A stretch of DNA of 62,097 nt, filler included, from Stramenopiles sp. TOSAG23-3 (Eukaryota): the NCBI GenBank assembly GCA_900128585.1. It is 21 parts of 21 records of this genome, joined end to end, with 100 filler letters (N's around TTAATTAATTAA, not from the genome) between each part and the next. Parts side by side here need not be neighbours in the genome. Positions count along the whole stretch, not along the records: positions 8,963 to 11,845 come from LT644546.1; positions 11,946 to 14,828 come from LT644547.1; positions 14,929 to 17,807 come from LT644548.1; positions 17,908 to 20,782 come from LT644549.1; 17 more parts are not named here. One strand, 5' to 3'. The notes beneath the pieces are model-generated. The model was not told the origin of the DNA, made no database searches, and saw nothing but the letters and a program-made list of their open reading frames with translations. Position numbers and translations under genes: made by a program. Shown in pieces: positions 9,147 to 19,812 of this stretch; position 1 is the stretch's first letter; the number at the start of each line of letters is the position of its first letter.

Positions 9147-11258
9147 TCATAGTTTGCAAGTTCCTCTATCAAACTCGCAATTTGCGGTATTACAGCCCTG
9201 TCCTGGTTGTGGGTTGACCGATGAAAGAAATTTTCTGAGCTTTATGTAAGTATAATCGTTGTCGTTGCACTCCAATGATTTATCATGGTACCTATTAGCC
9301 ATAAACGTGGAGGGGCAGTCCGCAGAGCATTGAATCTTACAGGATTCTTCGGAAGGAGGCAAACTGCTCGGGAAGTTGTAATTCGGGCACAGCGGATTCC
9401 CTGCAATAGCAAAGTATTTTACTGCCTTCCACTCTTTTATGGAATCTGGCAAAGCTGTCAGTTCGTTATGGCGTAAATCGACCAACTTCAGGGACTTCAT
9501 TCCACCAACAGATTCAGGGAGCTTGGCCAGCGTATTGTTCCAAACGTAACATGTGGTCAAATGCTGCAACAATCCTATGCTCTCTGGTACCTCTGACAAC
9601 CGATTGTTGTAAAGATAGAGTTCGATTAAGTTTTTTAGATTCCCAATATTTTTGGGCAAAGCGGTCAGACGATTATTAAACGCTATAATACTGGACAAAA
9701 GTTTCAAGTTTGAAACCCCATCTGGCAGGGTGCGCAAGCGATTTCCCGAAACACTGAGATACACCAGGTGCTCTAAATTTTCTACGTTCTCGGGCAAGGA
9801 TGTCAATTGATTATTGTCCAGGTTGAGGTTGTTTAAAATTTGCAAGCCTTCGATGCTTCCTGGAATAGAAATAAGGCGATTGTCCATGATCCAAAAATGA
9901 ACCAAATTGTTCATGGCCCCGATGCTCGAAGGCAACGTGGTGAGTTTGTTTCGAATAATTTTTAGTGAAATCATTTTCTTGTGATTTTGGCCGAAACTAG
10001 CGGACAAATTTTGTAACTGCCCAGTATATACCCCCAACTGCCTCAAAGCAGATAGTTTTTTAAACGAACTCGGCAGCGATGGCTTCGTAAAATTGATGAT
10101 GTGAACAACAGCGCAGTTGCACTTTGGGGTGAACGTTTCTTCGCAAAATGGGACTTTCACTTTGCACGCATTCCAAATTTCTTCAGTGTATTCATTCAAA
10201 CAAGTAGCGTCTGACGGTTCCAGAGCAAGCTGGAAGACTATCATAAACGCAAAAAAGAACGCAATCGAACCATTTACGGCTGTGAAACCGTACCGTTGCA
10301 TTTTTGGAAAATGTTCCAGTTGTGTTCTAATCACAGATTTCGTTTGTTCCATTCCCAGGATACTGGTCCGGCGTTGCCTCGCTTGCACTGTACTCTTGCG
10401 TGCATTATCGGTGTCTACTACAAAAATGTCGTCCCAAATTTCGTACGTTTTTATAAGCAGGGAAACGGTAGGGTAAACTATCAATTGGACACTGTCCCTG
10501 GTCTGTATAGGAACCTGAAATGCCCAAAAATTGTAACCCAAAGGTAAGACTATGCAGACAATTTCAGCGCCTATATCCACCAACAACTGCCTATCCCTTT
10601 GTATTTGCGAACTGATGTGAAACGTTGTCCATGACTGAAATACAGTCTCAGTAATCAACACGAAAGCCAAAATAGCAACCAGGACCATTGGCATTTGACA
10701 GAGATGTATGGTCACCATGTTCAACAGCTGGAGGATATTCTCTGCCACTTCTGACACGTGCATTTTGGTCAAGTAATACTTTCCGTTGACATCAAAGACA
10801 TCATCGTACGTCTGTTTCATCTGTCGGAAACCGCTTTGCGCCCTTTTCTTCTTGGCAACCTTGGCCCTGACAACAACCTTGGCCTTGGCGTTCTCTTCTC
10901 TCTTTTGCGGAGAGCAAACAAATCTGAGAGTACGAAAAATGAAAAATAGTGCGAGCAGCCACGACAATATGGCCACTAACAGGAAAACAAAAAGCCATTT
11001 TCGAGTCATAATTTTGAAATTGTCCGAAATTCTTGCGACAGCATACATTTGTATCGCACCGAGTCCCACAACTAGCAAGATAATAAATACACTTTCACGC
11101 CCGCATGCGGCGCGAATCTTTTCTCTAGCCGAAAGGTAGCCTTGGTGCTTTCCTGGATTTTCTGCAGGCACACTGACTTCTTCTTCCCCAATCGGCTTCA
11201 GCGCAACTGTGTCAAACGGGGGAAGTGGGTTCTTCGTCCATGTCGTCTTGTTGTTCAT
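9147..11258 (-). CDS. Multi-pass membrane protein (about 7 hydrophobic segments) + Cys motif + about 10 LRRs + LNR-like C-terminus
   Basis: Hydrophobic stretches in aa ~57-345, then CKVKVPFCEETFTPKCNCA, then LxxNxLxxLPxSIG repeats, ending GCNTANCEFDRGTC. Confidence 0.85.
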   Translation of the reverse strand: MNNKTTWTKNPLPPFDTVALKPIGEEEVSVPAENPGKHQGYLSAREKIRAACGRESVFIILLVVGLGAIQMYAVARISDNFKIMTRKWLFVFLLVAILSWLLALFFIFRTLRFVCSPQKREENAKAKVVVRAKVAKKKRAQSGFRQMKQTYDDVFDVNGKYYLTKMHVSEVAENILQLLNMVTIHLCQMPMVLVAILAFVLITETVFQSWTTFHISSQIQRDRQLLVDIGAEIVCIVLPLGYNFWAFQVPIQTRDSVQLIVYPTVSLLIKTYEIWDDIFVVDTDNARKSTVQARQRRTSILGMEQTKSVIRTQLEHFPKMQRYGFTAVNGSIAFFFAFMIVFQLALEPSDATCLNEYTEEIWNACKVKVPFCEETFTPKCNCAVVHIINFTKPSLPSSFKKLSALRQLGVYTGQLQNLSASFGQNHKKMISLKIIRNKLTTLPSSIGAMNNLVHFWIMDNRLISIPGSIEGLQILNNLNLDNNQLTSLPENVENLEHLVYLSVSGNRLRTLPDGVSNLKLLSSIIAFNNRLTALPKNIGNLKNLIELYLYNNRLSEVPESIGLLQHLTTCYVWNNTLAKLPESVGGMKSLKLVDLRHNELTALPDSIKEWKAVKYFAIAGNPLCPNYNFPSSLPPSEESCKIQCSADCPSTFMANRYHDKSLECNDNDYTYIKLRKFLSSVNPQPGQGCNTANCEFDRGTCKL

Positions 11259-11945
11259 TATGATGTTGCTACACTGGTGGTGGGCTTTGCCCAGTGGGCT
11301 TAAATATTGGGTTGATTTATTAGTTAGCTTGAAAGCGCTTAATATTGGTCTCGTGAGCCAAGGTTTTCATTGTCGACACTGACATACTAAATATTTTAGT
11401 CCACTGCTGGATATCAAAAAGGCCTTCTTCTTCTATTATAATACTGCTGCTGCACAAAAATATTATCCAAAAAAATCAATTAAAAATCTTTAGTATGGTC
11501 TCATCATATTAATACTCGTACTTCTTTATATTGTGACTTGCACGGGGAGAATTCCTTATTTTCACGATATTCGTTCTCTCTTCTTTTATTAAATCATCTT
11601 CTTGACAAAAAATCACTTCTTCGTTTCTAAAATACAAAAAATAAAAGTGGAATAATAATAGCATTTACACAGCATCAAAATAAAAAATGAAAGGGGCTTC
11701 TTTCACTCCTGAGGATGGAACTGGAGTGGAGAGTTAAAAGGGTAAAATATTTTATTTTAACATCTACACAGCACCATTAAAATATTATAAAAAGTGAAAA
11801 AGAAGAAGTGCGAAAATTACTATAAAAAATTAAAACTTTAAGACTNNNNNNNNNNNNNNNNNNNNNNNNNNNNNNNNNNNNNNNNNNNNTTAATTAATTA
11901 ANNNNNNNNNNNNNNNNNNNNNNNNNNNNNNNNNNNNNNNNNNNN

Positions 11946-12095
11946 AAAGAAGAAGAAGAGGAAAGAAGAAGAAGAGGAAAGAAGAAGAAGAGGAAAGAAG
12001 AAGAAGAAGAGGAAAGAAGAAGAAGAAGAAGAAAAAGAAGAATGAAGAAGAAGAAGAAGGAAGAACAAGGAAGAACAAGGAAGAAGAAGGAAGAA
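11946..12095. repeat. (GAA)n-rich low-complexity tract at contig edge
   Basis: Directly visible. Confidence 0.95.
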
Positions 12096-12461
12096 AAATA
12101 AATAAAAATAAATAAATAAGAAGATCTATCTCTCACTTACTAGATTTTTCATAAAATAAGACACACACACACAAATACAACCTCGTCAAAACAGAACAAA
12201 ATGCAAGCTGCTTGCGCAAATAATGAACAATTGAAGAATTATATATAATGCTGTGATTATGTTAATGATTTTTATTAATCCGAATGAAGAAAGGAACGAA
12301 GAAAGAACGAAGAAAGAGGAGAGAGAGAGGAAGGTAGGATTAATACGGAGAGGAATGGTACCGGTACTGTATTCCCATATTCCTATATTTGATTTTTTTA
12401 TTATTGTATAGAAGTAGTGTACATAGTACCTTTTCTATATAAGCGTCGTATCCTTCGACAC

Positions 12462-14769
12462 TCACTGCGTTTGCGACCCTAGGAACAAAGCGTGCGACGT
12501 TGCAGGCGAGAGCGAAAAATAGCGGCGGTCACGAGCCAGGAGGAACTTCAAATCTTCGACCGTAATCCCATTGTCCTCCGCTTCCTCCTCCTCCTCCTCC
12601 TCCTCGCCCGCTTCCTCCTCCTCCTCCTCGCCCGCTTCCTCCTCCTCCTCCTCCTTCCCCTCTTTTTCGCTTTGCCCCACTTCTTCCCAGTCCTTTCCCT
12701 CCCCTTCTCCCTCCGCGCCGTCTATTGGTTTTGCATCCGCCTCGTTTGTGCCAGCGTTCGCTGCCCCTTCACCAGTCGTTTTCCGGGATTGAAAGGCGCC
12801 CCGGGGAATTTGAAATTCTTCATCTCTGTACAGTTTTGGGGAAGACATTTCGGCATCGCCGTCTTCGTCTACACCGTCCCTTGCCTCCCGCAACATGCTT
12901 GCAGCCAGCTCGTAGAGACTGCCGGGGCTGGATCCATCGCTGCTGGCCGACAAAACGTTTTGTTCGATGGCCCTGGCATGCGCAATGCTTACCTCAGCGC
13001 TCTTTTCGCACTGGTCAAAAAAAACCTGAGGGGTATCTTTAGTGCGTGGGACCTTTACCACACGCAGCTGGACCGGAGTTTTCTTGACATGCGACGGGGC
13101 AGAATCACGCGAGGGGACGGTAGCATTCCCTTCTGCATCGTCTAGCCCCCTCAATGGGCCATCGTCGGGCTTCTCGGAACTGAGTCGGTCCATGGTCGTT
13201 CGGCACGCCAACCGGTGGTTTCGCAACGACATCAAATCTTCCAGAACGTCCCGGACAATGTGGTCCACGGCAAAACTCATGCGACTATACGGCGACTCGT
13301 CTGCCGTGGTGGACATTGGCAGACTGATTTCTGCCCGACTTTTCCGGCACGCCCCTTCCATCAATTTGGACAAAGCGTGCACTTTGATGATGGAGAGGTT
13401 GTGCCAGTGCTTGGGCAATCGCAAGGTGTCGTTTGCAAGCTCAAAATAATGGTTCCTGGTTTCTTCCGAAGGGCTGGTTTCGTTCAACAGCTTCGTTTCC
13501 TCGCGTTCCATGTCGTCTATCGAGATGCAGTCCGGATCGTCGCCATCCACAAACGCCCTCAGGATGTCTTCGTCGTCGCTCGTTGTCCTCTCGAGGATTT
13601 TGGTCGGTAAAAAGTTGCCCGGGGGTGCCTTCGGGACATTGGGCTTTGCGGCTTTGGTTTGCTTGGGCTTGGGCTTCGAGCCGCCCACCCCAGTGGCACC
13701 GCCCGCGCCGGCCCCTCCACTGCCTCCTCCGCCCTCCCCACCCGCCCCCTTCTTGTTCTGTTGCCATATCTTCAAATCTTCTTCGTGCTGCTTCAGTTCC
13801 CGCTGCCACTGCTCGTACTCTTTCTTGTGCTTCTTAATGTAGGCTTTGACGTCCTTGTCGTATTTTTCCTGGTGCTTCTGGTGCTTTTGCTTGTACAAGT
13901 CCTTGGTCTTGTCGTTCACGTACTTCCATATTTCAACGATCATTTTCGTCTTCGTGAGCTTGTCGAAGGGCGTGGAGGCCCCCACTTTTTTCCCGTACGC
14001 CTTCAGCTGCACCTCCGTCCACTTCTTATGCTCCGCAGCAAAGAGGTTGTAGTGGTTGTTGAATTTGAGCGGGTAGTTCGGGGGTTTCCCGGGTTTTTTG
14101 GGCCGTTTCGGGTCGTCCCCGTTGGCATCTTGCGCCTTCTTCTTGCCCTTGCCCCCGGCCTTTTTCTGCTCCCCTGTCGACTTGCGACCTTTTCCGACCG
14201 CTGCCGCCTTCGCTTTCCCCGCCGCTGCCGCCTTCGCTTTCCCCGCCGCTGCCGCCTTCGCTTTCGCAGCCGCGGCGGCGGCTTTCTTCTCTTTCGCGGT
14301 CAGCTTTTTCTTGTCTGCAGCGGCTTTCTTCCCCTTCCCCGTGGCTCCCTTTTTCCGCCCTTTGGCAGCCGCCCCCTTGGCAGCCGGCGCTTTCCGTTTC
14401 TTCCCTCCTGCAGCGGCCTTTCTCTGCGCCGCCGTGGGCTTCTTCTTGGCGGCCTTGGACTGTTTTTGCTTTCCAGAGCCTCGTTGCGAAGAGGAGGAAT
14501 GTCGCAAACTCGCGTGCGCCTTGCCGATCACGTCGTCGCCGACAATTTTGAGGACTGCGGCTCGCAGATGCATAAAGGCTTGCTTCATTTCGTACGGGGT
14601 GCCTCGGGAATGCCGATCCAGTATTTGCTGGCAAATGAGTTTGTAATACTTTTCTACCTTCATCAAATGATCGGGCTTCTTAATCAGCCCCATCTGCCTC
14701 ATTTGGTACATAATTTTCTCCAGCGGCATTATTAGGTTCCGCTTTCCAATCGTGTGGCACGTCTTGCAG
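12462..14769 (-). CDS. TAF4: TAF4-like TFIID subunit with RST-like N-terminal domain and HMG box; 5' end chimeric or partial
   Basis: IMPLEK...LKIVGDDVI (RST-like); PKKP..YNLF..E...IVEIWK.V....KDLY.......Y (HMG box); MSFAVDHIVRDVLEDLMSLRNHR (TAF4 histone-fold-like); ITVEDLKFLLARD (TAF4 C-terminal conserved motif). Confidence 0.65.
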
Positions 14770-14828
14770 ACGACTGGTGAAGGGGCAGCGAACGCTGGCA
14801 CAAACGAGGCGGATGCAAAACCAATAGA
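14770..14828. repeat. 59-bp exact inverted copy of 12721..12779 at contig end
   Basis: The reverse complement of 14770..14828 equals TCTATTGG...CACCAGTCGT at 12721..12779. Confidence 0.95.
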
Positions 14829-14949
14829 NNNNNNNNNNNNNNNNNNNNNNNNNNNNNNNNNNNNNNNNNNNNTTAATTAATTAANNNNNNNNNNNNNNNN
14901 NNNNNNNNNNNNNNNNNNNNNNNNNNNNCTTGACCCGCGACGGATAAAA

Positions 14950-16032
14950 GTGTACATTATGAGGACCACGGTAAAGGACTGGCGGAACGCATGCGCATTG
15001 TTGGTGTGCTCCGTGCTGTTGTATTTTATGTACTCCGAGTTGACACCACAAATCCCAAAGTCTATTGCCACGCCAACGCTGCAGTGCGCGAGGGCACAAG
15101 TTTCCTCGGACAGCATCGGGCCCCCTGTATTCATCGCAGTGGTGAGCAATTGCAAGAATTTTCGCGCCCGGGAGGCGATTCGAAAGACGTGGGGGTCCGT
15201 GGCGACGTCGTTTTCGTCAAAGGTGGTCTTTTTTGTCGGAAAGGACGCGGGGTGCACGGAGACTGTGAGACGGGAAATGAAAAGGTTTCAGGACGTTGTC
15301 GTGCTGGACCAGGTCCAGGAAACCTACGACAACTTGCCATTGAAGACGATGCACATGCTCCAGTATGTCGCCCAGCACCACGGGGATGAGTTTCATTACA
15401 TTGCTAAGTGCGACGACGACGTTTTTGTCCACGTGTCGTCCCTTTCGAAGCTTATGACCTTGAACTTGGGCCTCGACAAACCCGCGGAATACATGGGTTT
15501 TTTTCACAACAACTCCGTTCCCATCAAGAAGCGGGGGTGCAAGTGGTTCGACGAGCACTACTCGATGGACATTTACCCCCCTTACGCGGGAGGAATGTTT
15601 TATATTCTTTCCAACCGCATCGTTCGTTACGTCGCGAAAAACGCTGGCGACTTTGCCCTTTGGGCCAATGAGGACAGCACGGTCGGGACTTGGGTCCAAG
15701 GACTAGACCCGAAAATTGCCCATTTTGATCAGGTCTGGCCGTCCCGCGTGTATGCGAAGGGGCAAAAGGAGCCCCCGGTAGCAATTCATTTGGAGTGGGC
15801 CACTGGCCAAGGCGTAACGAAGGGCTGGGTAGACGACAAACCGATTGCCACCTTGATTTATCAGATGCAAAAGCACTTGGACACTTTCCATGTCCCCTTG
15901 GGTCGATGCGAGGGACAGCACGCCTCAATGGACAGACAGTCGTACATGAAAGCGTTTGGACAACTGTACACTGCGCCGACAGTGTTTTCTGAAAGCAGGA
16001 TGGGGGCGTTGCAGTGCAGCGGAAATTTTTGA
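14950..16032 (+). CDS. Beta-1,3-galactosyltransferase, GT31 family (type II membrane protein)
   Basis: N-terminal TM anchor; REAIRKTW, ETYDNLPLKT, KCDDDVFV (DxD), YPPYAGG.FY.LS, EDSTVGTW. The exact start (GTG 14950, ATG 14959 or upstream of the contig) is uncertain. Confidence 0.92.
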   Translation: MYIMRTTVKDWRNACALLVCSVLLYFMYSELTPQIPKSIATPTLQCARAQVSSDSIGPPVFIAVVSNCKNFRAREAIRKTWGSVATSFSSKVVFFVGKDAGCTETVRREMKRFQDVVVLDQVQETYDNLPLKTMHMLQYVAQHHGDEFHYIAKCDDDVFVHVSSLSKLMTLNLGLDKPAEYMGFFHNNSVPIKKRGCKWFDEHYSMDIYPPYAGGMFYILSNRIVRYVAKNAGDFALWANEDSTVGTWVQGLDPKIAHFDQVWPSRVYAKGQKEPPVAIHLEWATGQGVTKGWVDDKPIATLIYQMQKHLDTFHVPLGRCEGQHASMDRQSYMKAFGQLYTAPTVFSESRMGALQCSGNF

Positions 16033-16268
16033 GAGCGGGGAGCAGGGCGCGCGCGGTGGGGAGGGCGGAGTGGGGAGTGAATATAAATGCAAATTGCCCT
16101 ATGCACAGATGTGTTTAAATCTGCGCCGTTTTATTTTTAATACTCGTCGTAAAATTTATAATTACTTAAATAACAGCCAATTTTCTTGTTTTTATATATT
16201 TACAGAGTAGCGAGAGAGTATTTTTTACATTTCTCGGGTCTTCTTTGGCATGTGAAGAATACCAAGTA

Positions 16269-17372
16269 CTACAAGCCCACACCGTTCCGGCGCCACCATG
16301 TCTCTATTTTGCGAACGGACTGTATCAACGTTTTTCGGGCCGAAGCGTGGGCCAAGAACTGGACGCGGAGAGGAACATGGTCCCTTGATGCATGCTTTCC
16401 ACCTACATGCAATCTATGGTGGTGCATTTCTCCTCCATTCATCGATTCCCACAAATGCGTCAGTCGTTTGGTTTCTTCTGCCAGGAGAGAGTTTACAGTC
16501 TCCTGAGCAGCCATGGCACTGTTAGGAGAGCCGGGGGAACGGATCGGATCTCGGGGGGACTCGAACCGGACCTTTCTCGCGACGGGAGAGCGCGGCGGTG
16601 TCGCTTTGGAATTTGACGGCGGAGGACTACTCGTCAGTTTGATCGTCGCGTTTATAATCGAAAGATTGTCCACATATACATTCTTGTTCGCCGTCTTGCC
16701 TTCCTTCGCGGGCGGCGATAAGCGTCGCCTTATATTTTCCAGGAGGCGGTCTTCTTCACCCACGCTTCCAAAATTAACATGGAGGCTATGGTTGCCACCA
16801 CTAAACTCACCCTTCCTTGCTGGTTTAGGGCTCTTCGGCCGGCCCTCTGCACTGGGTGCGTCCAATCGCTGAAGCAAATTTTCTCGCCGAAGCTCCAATA
16901 GTTTTTCCAAATTGTCCAAGTTGTCTTGCCTGTCCTTTTTGGTACTTTTGATGTGGTTCTGAAAAAGCAGGGACAGGCTGTCCAGCGATTTCCAGTCTCC
17001 CCTTGTCGAGTGCAAGTACGCGGCCATATTTTCCCTTGCTTGGTCCATGAATGGACTGACAAAAGCGGGCTTCTTCCGATCCAGTTCGGCGGAAAGTGAC
17101 CGAAACTTTATCGAGCTTCCGGCCATCACGCCAGCGGAGTTTGGCCGACCATTCGGGCGAGGATTTCTTCCGTACTCTCTTCCCCGTCGCCCTGACGGCC
17201 TGGGCGAGACTGGTTCCATCACAACGAGGTACGGGGAGACCGCCCGCCTTGTCGGACGGTTTGCAGACCACCGCCGAGGCGATTTCTTGCCCCTCTTCGG
17301 TGAGTGAAATTCTTCTCGGTACGCCTCTCGCAGGCTACCCCGTAGAGTCGAATAGTTTTCTCCATATATCAT
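16269..17372 (-). CDS. Hypothetical Ser/Pro/Arg-rich protein
   Basis: Long ORF. ATG at 17372 (MIYGENY) is preferred because the further upstream part of the ORF call is low-complexity intergenic sequence. Confidence 0.65.
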   Translation of the reverse strand: MIYGENYSTLRGSLREAYREEFHSPKRGKKSPRRWSANRPTRRAVSPYLVVMEPVSPRPSGRRGREYGRNPRPNGRPNSAGVMAGSSIKFRSLSAELDRKKPAFVSPFMDQARENMAAYLHSTRGDWKSLDSLSLLFQNHIKSTKKDRQDNLDNLEKLLELRRENLLQRLDAPSAEGRPKSPKPARKGEFSGGNHSLHVNFGSVGEEDRLLENIRRRLSPPAKEGKTANKNVYVDNLSIINATIKLTSSPPPSNSKATPPRSPVARKVRFESPRDPIRSPGSPNSAMAAQETVNSLLAEETKRLTHLWESMNGGEMHHHRLHVGGKHASRDHVPLRVQFLAHASARKTLIQSVRKIETWWRRNGVGL

Positions 17373-18552
17373 CCTGTGACCCCATACAATGTACAGACGG
17401 CAAAATTTCCACAAACTCAACAGCCCCAACAACGCTTCAATCCCTAGTTGGTTGTACGCTGAGAGCGGCAAAGTTGCACAACGTTTTGCATGCACAGTAG
17501 GCTGTTCTGTTGCGTTTTTCCCTTTCAACACCAGCAAAGGGGGTACGGGGGTGAAAAGTAAAAACGAAAGGCGGCCAAGAAACGGCAGTGGTGGTGGTGG
17601 TGGGCAAACAACTCTCAATAATGCATAAACCTTTCCGTTATTTTTTTTTTTTAGCTTTTTTTTTTTTTTTAGGAAGAAGAAAGAAAGAAAGAAGAAGGGA
17701 AGAAGGAAAATAAATGACACCCTATATTAATATATTAAATACAACTAATATATATTTATAATATTTATTATATTCCTATATAAATATAAATATTATACTT
17801 ATAACATNNNNNNNNNNNNNNNNNNNNNNNNNNNNNNNNNNNNNNNNNNNNTTAATTAATTAANNNNNNNNNNNNNNNNNNNNNNNNNNNNNNNNNNNNN
17901 NNNNNNNGACATTGAAATACGCTTAATAATTCTGGAACTAAGTAAAATCGAGAAGAAAGAAGAAAGACTTAACTATTTGATTCTTTATTTTAGGAAATAT
18001 AATTAAATATTGATTTGTATTGAATTCTATATATATATAGATATAACATTATCAATTGGATCCTTGATTTATTTTTAATAGATATAATTAGGTATACTTT
18101 ATACTATAATAATATAATAAATATTATATTCCTTATTTTTTATATGAAACGAGGACTTCTTTCACGCACCCAATTTCTGTCTTTAATATATACATTGAAT
18201 AGCGTTGAATTAATATAACTGAATATGGATAAATGGGAACAAGATTCAATCAGCATCACACAATGAGGGTTTAAAGAAGTAGTCCATTTTTCATAGTGTG
18301 ACTACAGGACTACAGGAGGACAAAAGTAGAACGAAGGGGTAGTTGCACTAAAAAATTACAGAAACAACTAAGAAAAGGGATTGTGAAAAACGAAACAAAG
18401 TACGTAAAATGACAAGTGTAATAGTGCAACAATCCGCAAAGCACAGTTCTTCTGTGTGCAACATTTCGGTCTGTAGTTTGTACCATCGCTCACTGTTTTT
18501 TCTTTCTGTTTGTTTGTTTTTAATTGTCTTTCAAGGGCGAAACGGGACCACC

Positions 18553-19497
18553 ATGAAGTTCTTGCAAATGCCGAAGCTGGCGGAGCTGACAACCTTTCTG
18601 TCAAAGTTAGAAATAGGGGACCAGATCTTGGATGGCGTTGTGGAGGCCTACTCCTGCAAAGCCACCGGGTCGGAAAAGAAGATGGCCAAGCAGCTGAACC
18701 AAGAGTACAGCAGCATGAGCACCATCAAAGAGAATTCCAGCGGGGAGACGTCCTCCGCCACGGACACGAACAGGAAGCGGGCTGGGGACGCAGCGTTCGG
18801 GAAAGGGACCCGGGCCTCGGGCCACGAGGCGGGCGCCGAGAACGACCCCGCTTTGTTGGCCCCCCCGAGTAGTCTTCGTTCACGAAGCGTTAGCTTCAGC
18901 CAGTGCGGTGCATATAGTATTCCGGGGGAAGAGTTCGCCACGAAAGGTGCGAACCCGACGCCCCTCGGGAGCATGGTGGACCCAGCCGTCCGCAGCCGTA
19001 TTGTCCAGCTCATCGGAACGATGAACGCAACGTTTCACGATTACGATTTCACCGGCACCAAACCCGACCGGTTTGTCCGCCACCTAAGCTACAAAGACGT
19101 CATGCCGATCATTAACAAGAACTTTGCCGAAATCGTAGAAATTCACAGGAATGGGTTTCTGAAAATCCTATGGGATGCCCTGGACGATGCGGTGAAAGTG
19201 CGTGAGTGCGAAGTCTTCAGCTACTTGCTAGACGACGACGACCCACCGGCGGTTGCAGGAAACCTCTGGTCGTTGAACTATTTCTTCTACAACAAAAAGA
19301 TGAACCGAATACTTTACCTGACGTGCGTTGCAAATAGCAAGTTTGGACAAAAAGACAGCCAAGGGTACGATGAGTTCGATGATTACGAACAGTTCTCCTC
19401 GGATGAAGAAATGACCACTTCCGATGTCGATCGAAGCCAAACTCCTGGTACATTTTATACTGGAGAAGAAGCAGATGCAGATAGTATGGAGTACTAA
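18553..19497 (+). CDS. MAF1: RNA polymerase III repressor Maf1
   Basis: MKFL..., VEAYSCK..G.EKK, LI.TMNATF.DYDF, CEVFSY, LWSLNYFFYNKKM.RI, acidic tail. ATG at 18553. Confidence 0.95.
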   Translation: MKFLQMPKLAELTTFLSKLEIGDQILDGVVEAYSCKATGSEKKMAKQLNQEYSSMSTIKENSSGETSSATDTNRKRAGDAAFGKGTRASGHEAGAENDPALLAPPSSLRSRSVSFSQCGAYSIPGEEFATKGANPTPLGSMVDPAVRSRIVQLIGTMNATFHDYDFTGTKPDRFVRHLSYKDVMPIINKNFAEIVEIHRNGFLKILWDALDDAVKVRECEVFSYLLDDDDPPAVAGNLWSLNYFFYNKKMNRILYLTCVANSKFGQKDSQGYDEFDDYEQFSSDEEMTTSDVDRSQTPGTFYTGEEADADSMEY

Positions 19498-19680
19498 CTA
19501 AAGAAGCCTTCTTCTCTTTTCCTACATTATCTCCTCGTGTTAGGAAAACTAGATCAAAAGTATACACAAATAATATGTAGTAATAATTTTAATAAATCGT
19601 AGTAAGGGAAATGAAGTTTACGAACAGGACACAGCACGATTAACAGAGCATTCTTCTTCCTTTTTTTTCGGCTTGCACAA

Positions 19681-19779
19681 CATCGTCATCCTTTTCCATG
19701 GTCAAGTCTTCCAATCGCGCCTGTCAGTTTGTCTGTTCGGGTTTAGACCCGGCTGGCGTGCACCATCCCCTTCCTCTTC
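19681..19779 (-). repeat. Degenerate tandem copy of the BRX1 3' coding end
   Basis: Aligns with about 19828..19925 (CCATG.TCAAGTCTTCC.ATCGCGCCTGTC.GTTTG...CCGGCTGGCGT.CACC.TCCCCTTCCTC), with substitutions and indels. Confidence 0.85.
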
Positions 19780-19812
19780 GGCTACAGTACTACTGCTGTT
19801 TTCCTACTAATC

